Origin: a virus | Lineage: Duplodnaviria > Caudoviricetes | Direction: 5' to 3' (one strand) | IMG/VR virus record: IMGVR_UViG_3300025403_000031 | Location: 1 to 30,624 of that record | Length of the DNA: 30,624 nucleotides | Part shown: one piece after another, positions 18,659 to 27,360 of the stretch | How the letters are laid out: the number at the start of each line of letters is the position of its first letter | How positions within the stretch are numbered: position 1 is the stretch's first letter | The notes under the pieces: model-generated | Seen by the model: only the letters and a program-made list of their open reading frames with translations | Told to the model about the DNA's origin: nothing | Database searches by the model: none | Program-made: the position numbers and the translations under genes

Positions 18659-20510
18659 TTGCGCCTCCGCCTAGTGCGCCGAGCAGGGACTTCAAGTCCA
18701 TGGCTCCTTGGGGAGGTGGGGCGATAGAAGGTTGGCCTTCTGGCTTTTGGTCAGACGGTGTAGCAGGGGGAGTCTGGTTGATACCCGCCATCTGCGAGGG
18801 GTCTGCCATGCCTTGCGGAGCGCCACCTCCGGGCTGTTGAGCAGCCTGTTGTTGCGACTGCTGTTGAGCCGCTTGTTCTTTCTGCGCTTCCTCATGGGCT
18901 GCGGTAATCGCATCGGCAAGACTCATTTCTGGGTCGGTCAACTTGGTTGCAATCTTAGCGACGAGAACTGGGTCCATCTGGCCTTGGGTAAGTTGCTGTT
19001 CCACTCCGGCAAGCAGAGCCTTTTCGAGACCGTCCATGATGATGCGGTGCTTTTCACGAGCCGGATCGTCAATGGTGGGGTCAAGTTCCATGCCGGTCTC
19101 GGTAGACATGATGCCAATTCCGATTTTCTGACCAATAGCAACTGCGAGGCCGTTGGCATCGGTGCCGGGCAGAGGGTAGGTGACTTTGGCAAAGTCGGTG
19201 ACAAAGGTTTCGTCGGGGATGTAGTCCTCTCGGAGAACCTTGCCATCTCCCGGCAACACGAACATGGAAGCCTTCTTGCCGTAGTACGCCTTCTGTACGG
19301 CCACCATGCGGCGGATTTCTGCCTCGCTGGAGATCTCAAAGATTTCTTGATACTCCTGAATGGGCATGTCCACCGTGTTGCCGAGCACCATCTCGCCTCG
19401 ACGGGCTGTACGGACATTTGACGGTGACTCGCCACCGAACTCGGCAGGGATACCTGCGCTCAGGCGCTGCGCTCGCTCCAGTTGGTCAAGGAGCTGCATC
19501 CCCATTTGACCGACTTGGGGGAGCATCTGTTGTGCCCGGCCATCCTTGATGATGCCGACCTGCCCTTGCTTGCCATCGGCGTACTGAAGGATTTGAGGGC
19601 TGCGGGCGGCGTTGTTGCCCTCAACCCAGACCTCGGGGAACACGCCACGGAAGATGGCGATGGTGTTGAGTGCGTCCAACTTTGCTGCTCGGAGGTGCAT
19701 CCCAAGGGTACCGTCAAACTGCCCCGCTAGACGATCCAGCGTTACGCGGCCGGGAAAGACCACGGGCGAGATGCCAGCCCGGTTCGGGATGCGCTCGAGG
19801 AGGGCGGTGACGGAGGTGCCGTGGCTTGGCTCGTAGCGAGTGCCGGGGTTCCTCTGGCTGCCGACGCAGATGATGACGGTTTCCTCATCGTCAACGTATT
19901 CCAAGATGTCAAAGAGGCTGGTGTCGTTGAACTTCTCGCCCTTGTAGATCAGTCCGGCTTGGGCGGGGTAGTTCTGCTTCAGCCACAGGAGAGGCTTCTG
20001 GTCGTGGAAGATGCAGTTCTGCGGCTCCATAGAGTCAGCGTCAAGGAGCGCCGAGGGGTAGGCAGACAGGGGGTTGCGGACTCGGAGAAACGGGATCTTC
20101 CTCGGGTCATCGCCGTTGGGGGAAACAGGGGTGATGGTGACGGGTGAGCAGCCGTAGGCGATGAGGAACCTTGCCCTCCGGCGCATCTTGATCTTCCACT
20201 GGTTCATTTCCCAGATGCCCTTGATGGCGAGCCGGGAGTCGTGAGCCTTCTGATCCCATGCCTTGAAGCCCGGGCGCAGGGAAGGGAAAGACACATCAGG
20301 GGTCACGGAGGCAACTCGCATCGCCATCTGCTCGACACCCATGGAGAGCAGGTTTGCTACCGCAGGCTTCTCAACATCGTCAAGCTCGGGCAGCGGGACT
20401 ACAACTTCGCCGTTGTAGTGGCGACGCACCTCGTCGGCCTTGTTCCACCACTGTCCACGAGAGACCTTCCTCTCCTGGAACATCTGCATGATTTCCTCGG
20501 GCGACTTCAC
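18648..20510 (-). CDS. Portal protein (~620 aa)
   Basis: Directly after TerL, with the likely GTG start at 20510 overlapping the TerL TGA. Size, N-terminal helices (ANLLSMGVEQMAMRVAS..P), GGESPSNVRTARRG and a Gln-rich tail fit a podovirus portal. Confidence 0.85.
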   Translation of the reverse strand: MKSPEEIMQMFQERKVSRGQWWNKADEVRRHYNGEVVVPLPELDDVEKPAVANLLSMGVEQMAMRVASVTPDVSFPSLRPGFKAWDQKAHDSRLAIKGIWEMNQWKIKMRRRARFLIAYGCSPVTITPVSPNGDDPRKIPFLRVRNPLSAYPSALLDADSMEPQNCIFHDQKPLLWLKQNYPAQAGLIYKGEKFNDTSLFDILEYVDDEETVIICVGSQRNPGTRYEPSHGTSVTALLERIPNRAGISPVVFPGRVTLDRLAGQFDGTLGMHLRAAKLDALNTIAIFRGVFPEVWVEGNNAARSPQILQYADGKQGQVGIIKDGRAQQMLPQVGQMGMQLLDQLERAQRLSAGIPAEFGGESPSNVRTARRGEMVLGNTVDMPIQEYQEIFEISSEAEIRRMVAVQKAYYGKKASMFVLPGDGKVLREDYIPDETFVTDFAKVTYPLPGTDANGLAVAIGQKIGIGIMSTETGMELDPTIDDPAREKHRIIMDGLEKALLAGVEQQLTQGQMDPVLVAKIATKLTDPEMSLADAITAAHEEAQKEQAAQQQSQQQAAQQPGGGAPQGMADPSQMAGINQTPPATPSDQKPEGQPSIAPPPQGAMDLKSLLGALGGGASAA

Positions 20511-22405
20511 TTCGTCACCCATGATGGTCGCCACACAGGGGCAGCGTTATACGCTCCCTTGGGTGTGACATCTGGAAGGTTCCACTCAAAGAACCATTGG
20601 GCCATCACGCAGTCATCCGTTCGTCCATGGGGGTACTTCGTCACCTCGTCAATCAGCGGCATGATACGCTGCTTGGATTGCATGGAGGCAGGTAGTCTAA
20701 TTCTACCGTATCTGTAGTGCGGAGCGAGTGTTTGCACTCCGAACTCCTCGTCGGTCTTGTTGCGGCCTGTGGTGTGGGGGATGATGTCCACGCCGTTCTT
20801 GGCTTGCCAGCGGCGCACATGGTCGTATTGGAGGAGGAATTTTGCTGCGGCGTTTACCTCGACAATCCATGTTTGGATTTCTAGCCCTGCCCTGCGGGAC
20901 TGTTCCTGCCAGTCGGCCATAAGACCTGTCCACTCTCCGGTGTCCTGCTTGAAGTCAAGGAAGTCGGGAGCGTCCATCTTGCCTCGGTGGAACCCGATCA
21001 GATACCGGAACTCTGATACCGGGTCATAAGCCCAGCATTGTACTGACCAGTACATCGTGGGGCTGGGGTCGCATGAGGCCATGATGATGAGGCCATCGCT
21101 GGAGACTCCTGGTGGCAGTTCCCAGAGGTCACGCTGGCGGTCAAGGCAACCGGGAAAGCGTTCGGAGCCGTAGATCCACTCTCCCTGCACGAGGACGTTG
21201 GCAGGGTCTACATCTTCCTGCTGATACACCGTTCGGAAGTTGTTGATAGGGTTTGCTTCCAGCGCCTTGATCTTCTTCCACGGCAAGCGCCGGGGGTCAA
21301 GGAGGCACCCTTCTGGGTAGGGTCGAGCGTTGTTCAGGTGGTGGTCGGGGCTTTTCTCGCCTTCACACCTGTCCTCGTAGTGCGCTCGGAAGATGATGTG
21401 CTTGTACTTCCGGTCGCCTCGGTCAGTCACGACCTCCTCGCCTCGGTCGTTGTACTTGACCTCCTCCTCGTCAAACTCACCCGACTTCAGATCAAGGGCG
21501 TAGCGGTAGAGGTCATCGGGGGCGAGCCTCTGGCCTTGGAGCAGGAGAACGCCGGAGGGTTCCAGACGGGTCTCGGCAATCTGTGACCAGTGAGCTTGTT
21601 GCTTCTCTCGGGCTTCCACCGTTGCGACGGACTTGGGGGTCACGAGGTCGTCCCATACGACGAAGGTGAAACGTTGTCCAAGGAAGCCGGAGTCCTCACC
21701 GTAGGCAGACCACGTTGGTTCCTTTTCCGTGATAGCACCGATATCATCGTGTTGCATCACGATCAGGGCATCTCGGTTCCAGACTTCTCGGTCAAGTGGC
21801 TGGAAGCGCCCGAAGTCCAGCGCCACGGTGCTCTCGGCATCTACGGCTCGACCTCTGCGGACATCTTGCAGGGGAGCCTGCTCCGGCATGGTTCGCATCA
21901 GAGTTCTCTTGATGCGGTTGACATGGGTTTGGGCTGCTCGCTGGTTGGCGGAGCCGATGAGTCCTCGGAGGCTGCGGTCTCGGCAAGTCAGCCAGATGGG
22001 AATGTCGTGGGTGAACACCGTCGTCTTACCCGAGCCAGGAGGGGCGTTGATGACGAAGTATTCCTCGTCGGGAGTGTCAAGTGCTGCGGCGATCCGTTCG
22101 GCGGCTTCTGCCTGCCACGGAGTAGCGACCCGCCCGAAGTACCTTCTCTGAAAGTAAGTAAAGTCCTCTAATGCGCGGGCCGCTTCCGGGCGCAACTCAG
22201 CAAAGGGAATGGGGCCGGGAAGTTCCTCAATCCGCTTTGCCTCGGTGCGCTCCTTACCAACGGTGCTTGTCGGGACACCCTTGGTTTGGTTCATCCACCG
22301 CTGGACGGTGGAGAGACTGACTCCGGCTTTCTTGGCGGTCTCTCGGTAGGAGAAGCCTTCAGAGAGAAGCCGAATGACCATCCGCTTCTGTGCGGGAGTG
22401 GTCAT
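20507..22405 (-). CDS. terL: Terminase large subunit with N-terminal helix-turn-helix (632 aa)
   Basis: Walker A APPGSGKT, Walker B FVVWDD, motif QGQR, nuclease CDPS, IVEVNAA and DDCVMAQWF. HTH GFSYRETAKKAGVSLSTVQRW. Confidence 0.92.
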   Translation of the reverse strand: MTTPAQKRMVIRLLSEGFSYRETAKKAGVSLSTVQRWMNQTKGVPTSTVGKERTEAKRIEELPGPIPFAELRPEAARALEDFTYFQRRYFGRVATPWQAEAAERIAAALDTPDEEYFVINAPPGSGKTTVFTHDIPIWLTCRDRSLRGLIGSANQRAAQTHVNRIKRTLMRTMPEQAPLQDVRRGRAVDAESTVALDFGRFQPLDREVWNRDALIVMQHDDIGAITEKEPTWSAYGEDSGFLGQRFTFVVWDDLVTPKSVATVEAREKQQAHWSQIAETRLEPSGVLLLQGQRLAPDDLYRYALDLKSGEFDEEEVKYNDRGEEVVTDRGDRKYKHIIFRAHYEDRCEGEKSPDHHLNNARPYPEGCLLDPRRLPWKKIKALEANPINNFRTVYQQEDVDPANVLVQGEWIYGSERFPGCLDRQRDLWELPPGVSSDGLIIMASCDPSPTMYWSVQCWAYDPVSEFRYLIGFHRGKMDAPDFLDFKQDTGEWTGLMADWQEQSRRAGLEIQTWIVEVNAAAKFLLQYDHVRRWQAKNGVDIIPHTTGRNKTDEEFGVQTLAPHYRYGRIRLPASMQSKQRIMPLIDEVTKYPHGRTDDCVMAQWFFEWNLPDVTPKGAYNAAPVWRPSWVTK

Positions 22406-22680
22406 GCTGCTGGGGTGCTACCGCCTGCGACTGGTGCAACTGGGGCAGCGGCGACAGTGGCAGAGGCTTGGACTCGCGGCAACACGAGCAAGCGTGATGC
22501 CCACGGATACCGCTTCTCTAACCCAGCGGCCAGCGCGTAGTAAAGATAAGCAGCTGCGGGCGAGATAACGGCCAACAGTTGTGGGTTCAGGTGCTTCACT
22601 ACCGTCGAGGACAAACCAGTCGCCGCACCAACAAGCGCAGGGGCAATGAGGCGGATGAGGCTGTTGCGGTACTGGGTCAC
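22402..22680 (-). CDS. Holin-like membrane protein (92 aa)
   Basis: GTG 22680 (TAGTG overlap). Two hydrophobic segments and YYALAAGLEKRYPWASRLL, resembling actinophage holin-like proteins. Confidence 0.55.
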   Translation of the reverse strand: MTQYRNSLIRLIAPALVGAATGLSSTVVKHLNPQLLAVISPAAAYLYYALAAGLEKRYPWASRLLVLPRVQASATVAAAPVAPVAGGSTPAA

Positions 22681-22892
22681 TAGTGCTCCTTGGGGTTTCC
22701 ATCGCCGTAAACCTCGTTCCATGTTTGCGGCGCGTAGATGTGCCGCCACAACGAGTCTGGGCCAACGATAACACAGTGACCATCGTTGACGGTGAACCCG
22801 ACATCTGGGTGGCTGATCTCATCGCCGTTGGCGAGGACAACTACGACCTCGGGGTAGTGGAACCGGACTTTGCGGGGGCTATCGGTTGGCAT
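22680..22892 (-). CDS. Hypothetical protein (70 aa)
   Basis: Overlaps both neighbours in the coupled operon. Confidence 0.6.
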   Translation of the reverse strand: MPTDSPRKVRFHYPEVVVVLANGDEISHPDVGFTVNDGHCVIVGPDSLWRHIYAPQTWNEVYGDGNPKEH

Positions 22893-23211
22893 TCATTTTC
22901 ACTTTCAGCTCGTTGATTTGTTGGACAAGGTACTCGGGCATTGGGGTTGGGTTGCCATCCCATGTGTCTGGCTCGAGATCGGGGAAGGCGTAGTAGGTGC
23001 CGTGGTATTCCGGCAGACCGGCGAAGCGGTGCTCCTCGGAAAGCACCCACCGCTTCCAGAGGTCAAACCAGTCCTGCGCTTGCGTTTGCTGGCTGTGGTG
23101 GAACTCCCTGAACCGAACGGTTGAGGCGCTGAGGTTGATGGTCAGGCCCTGCTCCTGCCCCCAGTCGAACATCGTTTTGGTAAGGCGGTAGTTGAGGTCG
23201 AGAAACGTCAT
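22879..23211 (-). CDS. Hypothetical protein, possible DnaT-like DNA-binding domain (110 aa)
   Basis: GGAG RBS. Pattern W...G..I......F.EF......QDWFDLWKRW resembles the C-terminal domains of phage replication proteins. Confidence 0.5.
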   Translation of the reverse strand: MTFLDLNYRLTKTMFDWGQEQGLTINLSASTVRFREFHHSQQTQAQDWFDLWKRWVLSEEHRFAGLPEYHGTYYAFPDLEPDTWDGNPTPMPEYLVQQINELKVKMNANR

Positions 23212-23668
23212 TGGCTGCTCCGATTTCTAACTTGGGGGACAGGATTACCTGCTGGTTGGTTTGCTTCTCAATCTCAGCATACACCTTCAGGAACTGTGCT
23301 CGTGTCACGCTGAGGTTGTCTGAGAACCGGATCTCTTGCAGGCCGAACTGCCGGACTGCCTTGGAGATGCTGGGGTGGCTCCAGGAGTTGTAGGAGCCGT
23401 TCTGGATGGCGGCCATGATCTCCGCCCATGCCTGCCCGCTGGTGGGGGCGAGGTAGCCGCAGATGGACGCTGCTTTCTGGCGCAGGTCAGCAATCGTGGG
23501 AGGCCACTTCTCGACCATCGCCCACTCCCTCGCTGCTTGGCGCAGGACTGCGATGTCCAAATCCCCAAGCAGGTCGTAGTAGACCACCGGCAACTCCTCG
23601 GTGATCTCCCACCGAGGGTAAGCGGCGGAAAGGACTGCGAGCACTTGGGCAAGCTCTTTCTTGGTCAT
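23063..23668 (-). CDS. Replicative helicase loader/inhibitor (SPP1 G39P-like)
   Basis: ATG 23668 (ATGA overlap). MTKKELAQVLAVLSAAYP...YYDLLGDLD...KWPPTIADLR is the typical G39P-like pattern. Follows the initiator gene. Confidence 0.75.
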   Translation of the reverse strand: MTKKELAQVLAVLSAAYPRWEITEELPVVYYDLLGDLDIAVLRQAAREWAMVEKWPPTIADLRQKAASICGYLAPTSGQAWAEIMAAIQNGSYNSWSHPSISKAVRQFGLQEIRFSDNLSVTRAQFLKVYAEIEKQTNQQVILSPKLEIGAANDVSRPQLPPYQNDVRLGAGAGPDHQPQRLNRSVQGVPPQPANASAGLV

Positions 23669-24378
23669 TCTTCCTCCTCTGCGAACTCTGCGAGAACGCT
23701 CATTGGCTTTGATGTTAGCAGACCAGCGCCACCAGGGAGGTAGTCCTTCCATCGCTCGTCAGGGCCGTAGAAGGTCGAGCCGTGGAGGATGTACCGGCTC
23801 TCCTTGCCCTTGCAGGTGCGGGCGTAGTTCTCGGTGGCCTCCAGCAGCAGCGAAGGGTCAACACCCTCCTTCAGCCGGGCAGCGAACGCCTTCTCAGCAG
23901 CTCCCTTGGCGATCTTGCGTGGGTAGTGCTTCCACATCTCAGAAAACGAAATGATCGTTGTATTTATAGTACTTCTTACAGATAGTACTTCTTTAGGAAT
24001 AGTACTTCTTATGCATCCGTGTTTGCCGTTAACGGCTAATCCGGAAACGGTAAAGCCGTTAGCGGTGGAGGCGGAAGCGGCTGGAGCGTCGTAAACGATG
24101 TAGTCCACGGTGGTCATCTGCCCGTGGTTGTTGCGGTTCTGCTGGGTCACGATGTAGCCAGCCTCCACCAATTCGTTGATGATCCGGTACACCCGGTCTC
24201 GACCAGCGTTGGGCGACTGCTGGACAAGTTGCTTGACGTTGACCTCCCAATGCTCGGCGTGGGACAGCAGGTAGAGCAGCAGCCCCCTGGCTTCCCACGA
24301 AAGTTGGTCATTCCTCGCCATGTCGTTGCTCACGACAACGTAGTTATTGCTGGGCTTCGGCCCTCTGATAATCGCCAT
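23665..24378 (-). CDS. Phage replication initiator (N-terminal winged HTH, C-terminal replisome-organiser-like domain; 237 aa)
   Basis: NYVVVSN...LSWEARGLLLYLLS...GRDRVYRIINELVEAGY, then FSEMWKHYPRK..K..A.KAF and YILHGSTF...RWKDY. Carries internal iterons. Confidence 0.85.
   Translation of the reverse strand: MAIIRGPKPSNNYVVVSNDMARNDQLSWEARGLLLYLLSHAEHWEVNVKQLVQQSPNAGRDRVYRIINELVEAGYIVTQQNRNNHGQMTTVDYIVYDAPAASASTANGFTVSGLAVNGKHGCIRSTIPKEVLSVRSTINTTIISFSEMWKHYPRKIAKGAAEKAFAARLKEGVDPSLLLEATENYARTCKGKESRYILHGSTFYGPDERWKDYLPGGAGLLTSKPMSVLAEFAEEEE
23961..24080. promoter_or_regulatory. Putative replication origin inside the initiator gene
   Basis: ATAGTACTTCTT x3 (23966, 23982, 23999) in an AT-rich patch, next to four 15-bp-spaced CCGNNANCGG-type units (24026, 24041, 24056, 24071). 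Confidence 0.75.
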
Positions 24379-24502
24379 TCAGTCATTCCTCTCGCTTGGC
24401 GTGTCTGGTCTTAGGGGCTGGGGCCGGGCAGTTCAGACCCCAAACCCTAAGAATGTCCCCACCGTCAGCCGGATAACCGGGTTGGATCTTCGGGTGGTTC
24501 GC

Positions 24503-24531
24503 TTGACACCATACAGGGGAGCGACTAGGCT
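24503..24531 (+). promoter_or_regulatory. Sigma70/SigA-type promoter for the dNMP kinase
   Basis: TTGACA-N17-TAGGCT. Confidence 0.75.
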
Positions 24532-24536
24532 TGCAA
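24508..24536 (-). promoter_or_regulatory. Sigma70/SigA-type promoter for the replication operon
   Basis: TTGCAA-N17-TATGGT on the minus strand. Confidence 0.6.
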
Positions 24537-24574
24537 GTGAGGGGCAAGAAAAAATTTGCACAGAAAGGGCCACC

Positions 24575-25129
24575 ATGATCGTAGGCTTCGCAGGACTCGC
24601 TGGCGCAGGAAAGAACGCTGCTGCTGAGGCATTGTCGTATCCAACATTCGCCTTCGCTGATGCGCTGAAAGGGATGCTGCTCCGGCTTGACCCAGTGCTC
24701 TACGAGACCCACGAGGGGGATGCTGTCCGGCTCAAAGAGGTCATTGAGCGGGTCGGCTGGGACAAGGCAAAGAGGGAAGCGCCGGAAGTCAGAAGGCTCC
24801 TGCAAGAGTTGGGGATGGCAGCGCGGGACATCAGCCCCTACATCTTCGTAGACCACCTGAGCGCAACCATTGACCTTTCCAAGGCCACCGGGGACTACGA
24901 GCGCAACATCTCCATCACCGATGTCCGTTTCCCCAACGAACGGGAAATGGTGAAATGGTGGGATGGCAAGATCATCTGGATCGAGCGACCAGGCGTTGAG
25001 AACCTCGGCGGGCCGACCGAGAACTCCATCACGGCAGATGACTGCGATGACTTCATCGTGAACGATGGCACCATCGAGGAGCTGCACGAAAAAGTCCGGG
25101 CCTCCATCAAAGTGCTGTCCGGTGACTAA
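24575..25129 (+). CDS. Deoxynucleoside monophosphate kinase (184 aa)
   Basis: ATG 24575 with GAAAGGG RBS. Motifs IVGFAGLAGAGKN, FADALK, RRLLQELG, ITDVRFPNE, IWIERPG, IVNDGTIEEL. Confidence 0.9.
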   Translation: MIVGFAGLAGAGKNAAAEALSYPTFAFADALKGMLLRLDPVLYETHEGDAVRLKEVIERVGWDKAKREAPEVRRLLQELGMAARDISPYIFVDHLSATIDLSKATGDYERNISITDVRFPNEREMVKWWDGKIIWIERPGVENLGGPTENSITADDCDDFIVNDGTIEELHEKVRASIKVLSGD

Positions 25130-25301
25130 AGAACAGATCATCAAGTGGGTTGCCCTCAGCCTGTGGAAAGCCGACCACGGTGAAGGACACTGGGGGGACG
25201 CGCCGGAAATGACCCGCGCCATCTACCGCAAGCGAGCCGAAATCGCAACCACCGCAGTCCTCGACTGCCTCCCAATCCGCTACGACTCACCACCTTCATA
25301 G
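25122..25301 (+). CDS. Hypothetical protein (59 aa)
   Basis: GTG at 25122 overlaps the kinase end: MTKEQIIKWVALSLWKAD...RAIYRKRAEIA. Confidence 0.65.
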   Translation: MTKEQIIKWVALSLWKADHGEGHWGDAPEMTRAIYRKRAEIATTAVLDCLPIRYDSPPS

Positions 25302-25995
25302 ACACGCGTTCCCTGAATACGCCAGAAGGCCACGAGACCCCCCTGTAATCGTCTGTAAGCGATCCTGTTGTAGGTTGAGTCACCTTGTCAGTACCACCCC
25401 CAAATCGCCGGTAGAAGCCATCACACCGTAGTACGCCGTTCTACTGTTTTCCCTGCAAAGACTACGAAATGACCGGATTTACGGAGGTGTCTAACTGGGC
25501 ATTTGTACGGCCCCCCGTCTCGGCACACTACCGGTTCGCTCGTGACACGTTCGACCGGGCACGATCGTACGGCAAACCGTGACGTTCTAGGGCAGTCGGC
25601 AAGCGTCTAGGCGGGTATGGGAGGGGATGGTGGACAATTGCGAACGGTTGGCTATGGCAACACTTAGGGCAACGCTGGCAACAATGGCGGCGACAATGCG
25701 ACACGATCGACACGCCAGGCGGCGAAGGCGGCGACGCTACGCCACGGGCGAACGGGCTACGGTTCTACTCCCCCCTACACGAACGGCTAACACTGGCAAC
25801 GGTGGCCCGTGATCTATCCGGCGGCATGGTCGACGCGTCTAGGTGATCGCTGGCGGGTAGAGCTGGCGACGCGATTAGGTGCGGGCGGGCGGCGTATGGG
25901 CGACCGCTGGCGGCGACGCGGTTAGGTTGCACCCCTACGGGCGAAGGTGGCGACAGTGGCCCATGATCCCCGGCAAACTATTTCCGTCTAACTAC

Positions 25996-26024
25996 TTGAC
26001 ACGCCACGCGAACCCGTGTAGCGT
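25996..26024 (+). promoter_or_regulatory. Host-RNAP early-type promoter
   Basis: TTGACA-N17-TAGCGT, followed by a 5' hairpin GGCGG...CCGCC and an AAGGGG RBS. Confidence 0.75.
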
Positions 26025-26071
26025 TCTAAGTGGCGGCGAACAATTCCCGCCCATAACCCTAAGGGGATGCT

Positions 26072-27181
26072 ATGCCAATTGGAATTACCCTCACGGCGAA
26101 GGCGGCCACCGCCATTAGCCGGGCGACGAAATTGGTCGCTAACCATGACGCGCTAGCCGCGTTCTACGTGGTGCAACCTACCTTCGACACGTGTGCCGTG
26201 GCCGTAGTTGGCTATACCGGGATGGTGGCGCTAATCGACGTGGAATGTTCTACCGCCAGCTACGTGGAACCGTTCGCTATTCCCGCCGCGACCGTGGAAG
26301 GTGCGGGCGCTAGGGCGATCCACGTAGACGGTTCTACCGTCACCGTGTCGCGTGATGGCGTTAGCGTGGCCTACACGTTGCCCGAACCCCACGAACGCGC
26401 CACGGAATTTGTCGACGCGATCGCTAGCACCGTGGCGGCGGGCCGTTGCGAAGGTGAAGCGGAATTGCACACGATCCCCGCCGCAACACTGGCGGCGGTG
26501 GTGGCGACCGCTAGCACCGATTACGCGCGGCCTACCCTCACGAACGTCTACCGCGACGGGGATACGATCGTGGCGACCGATAGCTACCGCCTGGCGTTCG
26601 CGCCCATTGCTGGCGAAGGTAGCGGCTACCTTAGCGCCGCCGTTATCGCGTTTGCACTCACGGCGAAGGCGGGCGCGTACTTAACACGGTTCGCTAGCGA
26701 CGGGGAGCGCGCTTACATTGGCGGCGGCGGCGTGGCCGTTCTCTACCGTCACCACGCTTTAGGCAATAGCTACCCGAACTGGCGGCAATTGGTGCCAGCG
26801 TTGGACGGGATGCAACCCCTAGTCACTGTCGCCAGTGGAGCTAAGGCGGCAAAGATCGTCACCGCCACGGCGAAGGCGGCGAAGGTAACGGCTAAGACGG
26901 GTAGCGATTCGCCGTTGCGGTTCGCCGCCGATAGTGTCACCATTCTTACGAACGGCGACACGTACACGGTGGCGGCGGGCACGTTTACGCCTGGCGCGTG
27001 GTACGGGAATGCCGTTAGCGGTGCGGTGGTGGCGTTCAACCCCGCGTTTGTCGCTAGCGCGTTGGACACGTTCGACGGTGCGACCACTGTCTACGTGACG
27101 GACGCGAACCGCCCGGCGTTGTTCACGGGCTACGGGTCAAACGTGACGGTGCTACTTATGCCAGTCCGGGTGCCAGCATGA
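26072..27181 (+). CDS. Divergent DNA polymerase III beta sliding clamp-like protein (369 aa)
   Basis: DnaN motifs ASTDYARPTLTNV, VATDSYRLA, YPNWRQLVP, AFNPAFVASAL and C-terminal LLMPVR. Length matches DnaN. Confidence 0.85.
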   Translation: MPIGITLTAKAATAISRATKLVANHDALAAFYVVQPTFDTCAVAVVGYTGMVALIDVECSTASYVEPFAIPAATVEGAGARAIHVDGSTVTVSRDGVSVAYTLPEPHERATEFVDAIASTVAAGRCEGEAELHTIPAATLAAVVATASTDYARPTLTNVYRDGDTIVATDSYRLAFAPIAGEGSGYLSAAVIAFALTAKAGAYLTRFASDGERAYIGGGGVAVLYRHHALGNSYPNWRQLVPALDGMQPLVTVASGAKAAKIVTATAKAAKVTAKTGSDSPLRFAADSVTILTNGDTYTVAAGTFTPGAWYGNAVSGAVVAFNPAFVASALDTFDGATTVYVTDANRPALFTGYGSNVTVLLMPVRVPA

Positions 27182-27360
27182 CTAGCGCCGCTTACACGAT
27201 CGACCGCAACGGCGAAGGCGCGCACCGTGTCACGGCGCTAGTGGATGACGGAACCGGCCCGTGGTACTACACGGCCACGTTCTACGGCTACACGCGGCGC
27301 GAGATTATCCCCGCCTACCGTCGCCAGCTGGCGGCGAACGGGTGGCGTGTAGTCCGCTAG
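27178..27360 (+). CDS. Small early-type hypothetical protein (60 aa)
   Basis: ATGA overlap with the clamp gene. FYGYTRRE motif. Confidence 0.75.
   Translation: MTSAAYTIDRNGEGAHRVTALVDDGTGPWYYTATFYGYTRREIIPAYRRQLAANGWRVVR

Noticed and set aside
54-24414. Numerous plus-strand and alternate-frame ORFs over the structural and replication genes
   Set aside because: These are expected shadow ORFs in high-GC DNA. The minus-strand genes tile the region with coupled junctions.
24347-24574. N-terminal extension of the kinase in the ORF track
   Set aside because: It crosses the promoters and leader. The kinase P-loop begins right after ATG 24575, which has an RBS.
25528-26118. Short ORFs of 61-79 aa in the gap before the clamp gene
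   Set aside because: They are low-complexity translations of repeats, and one runs over the promoter. No convincing coding signal.
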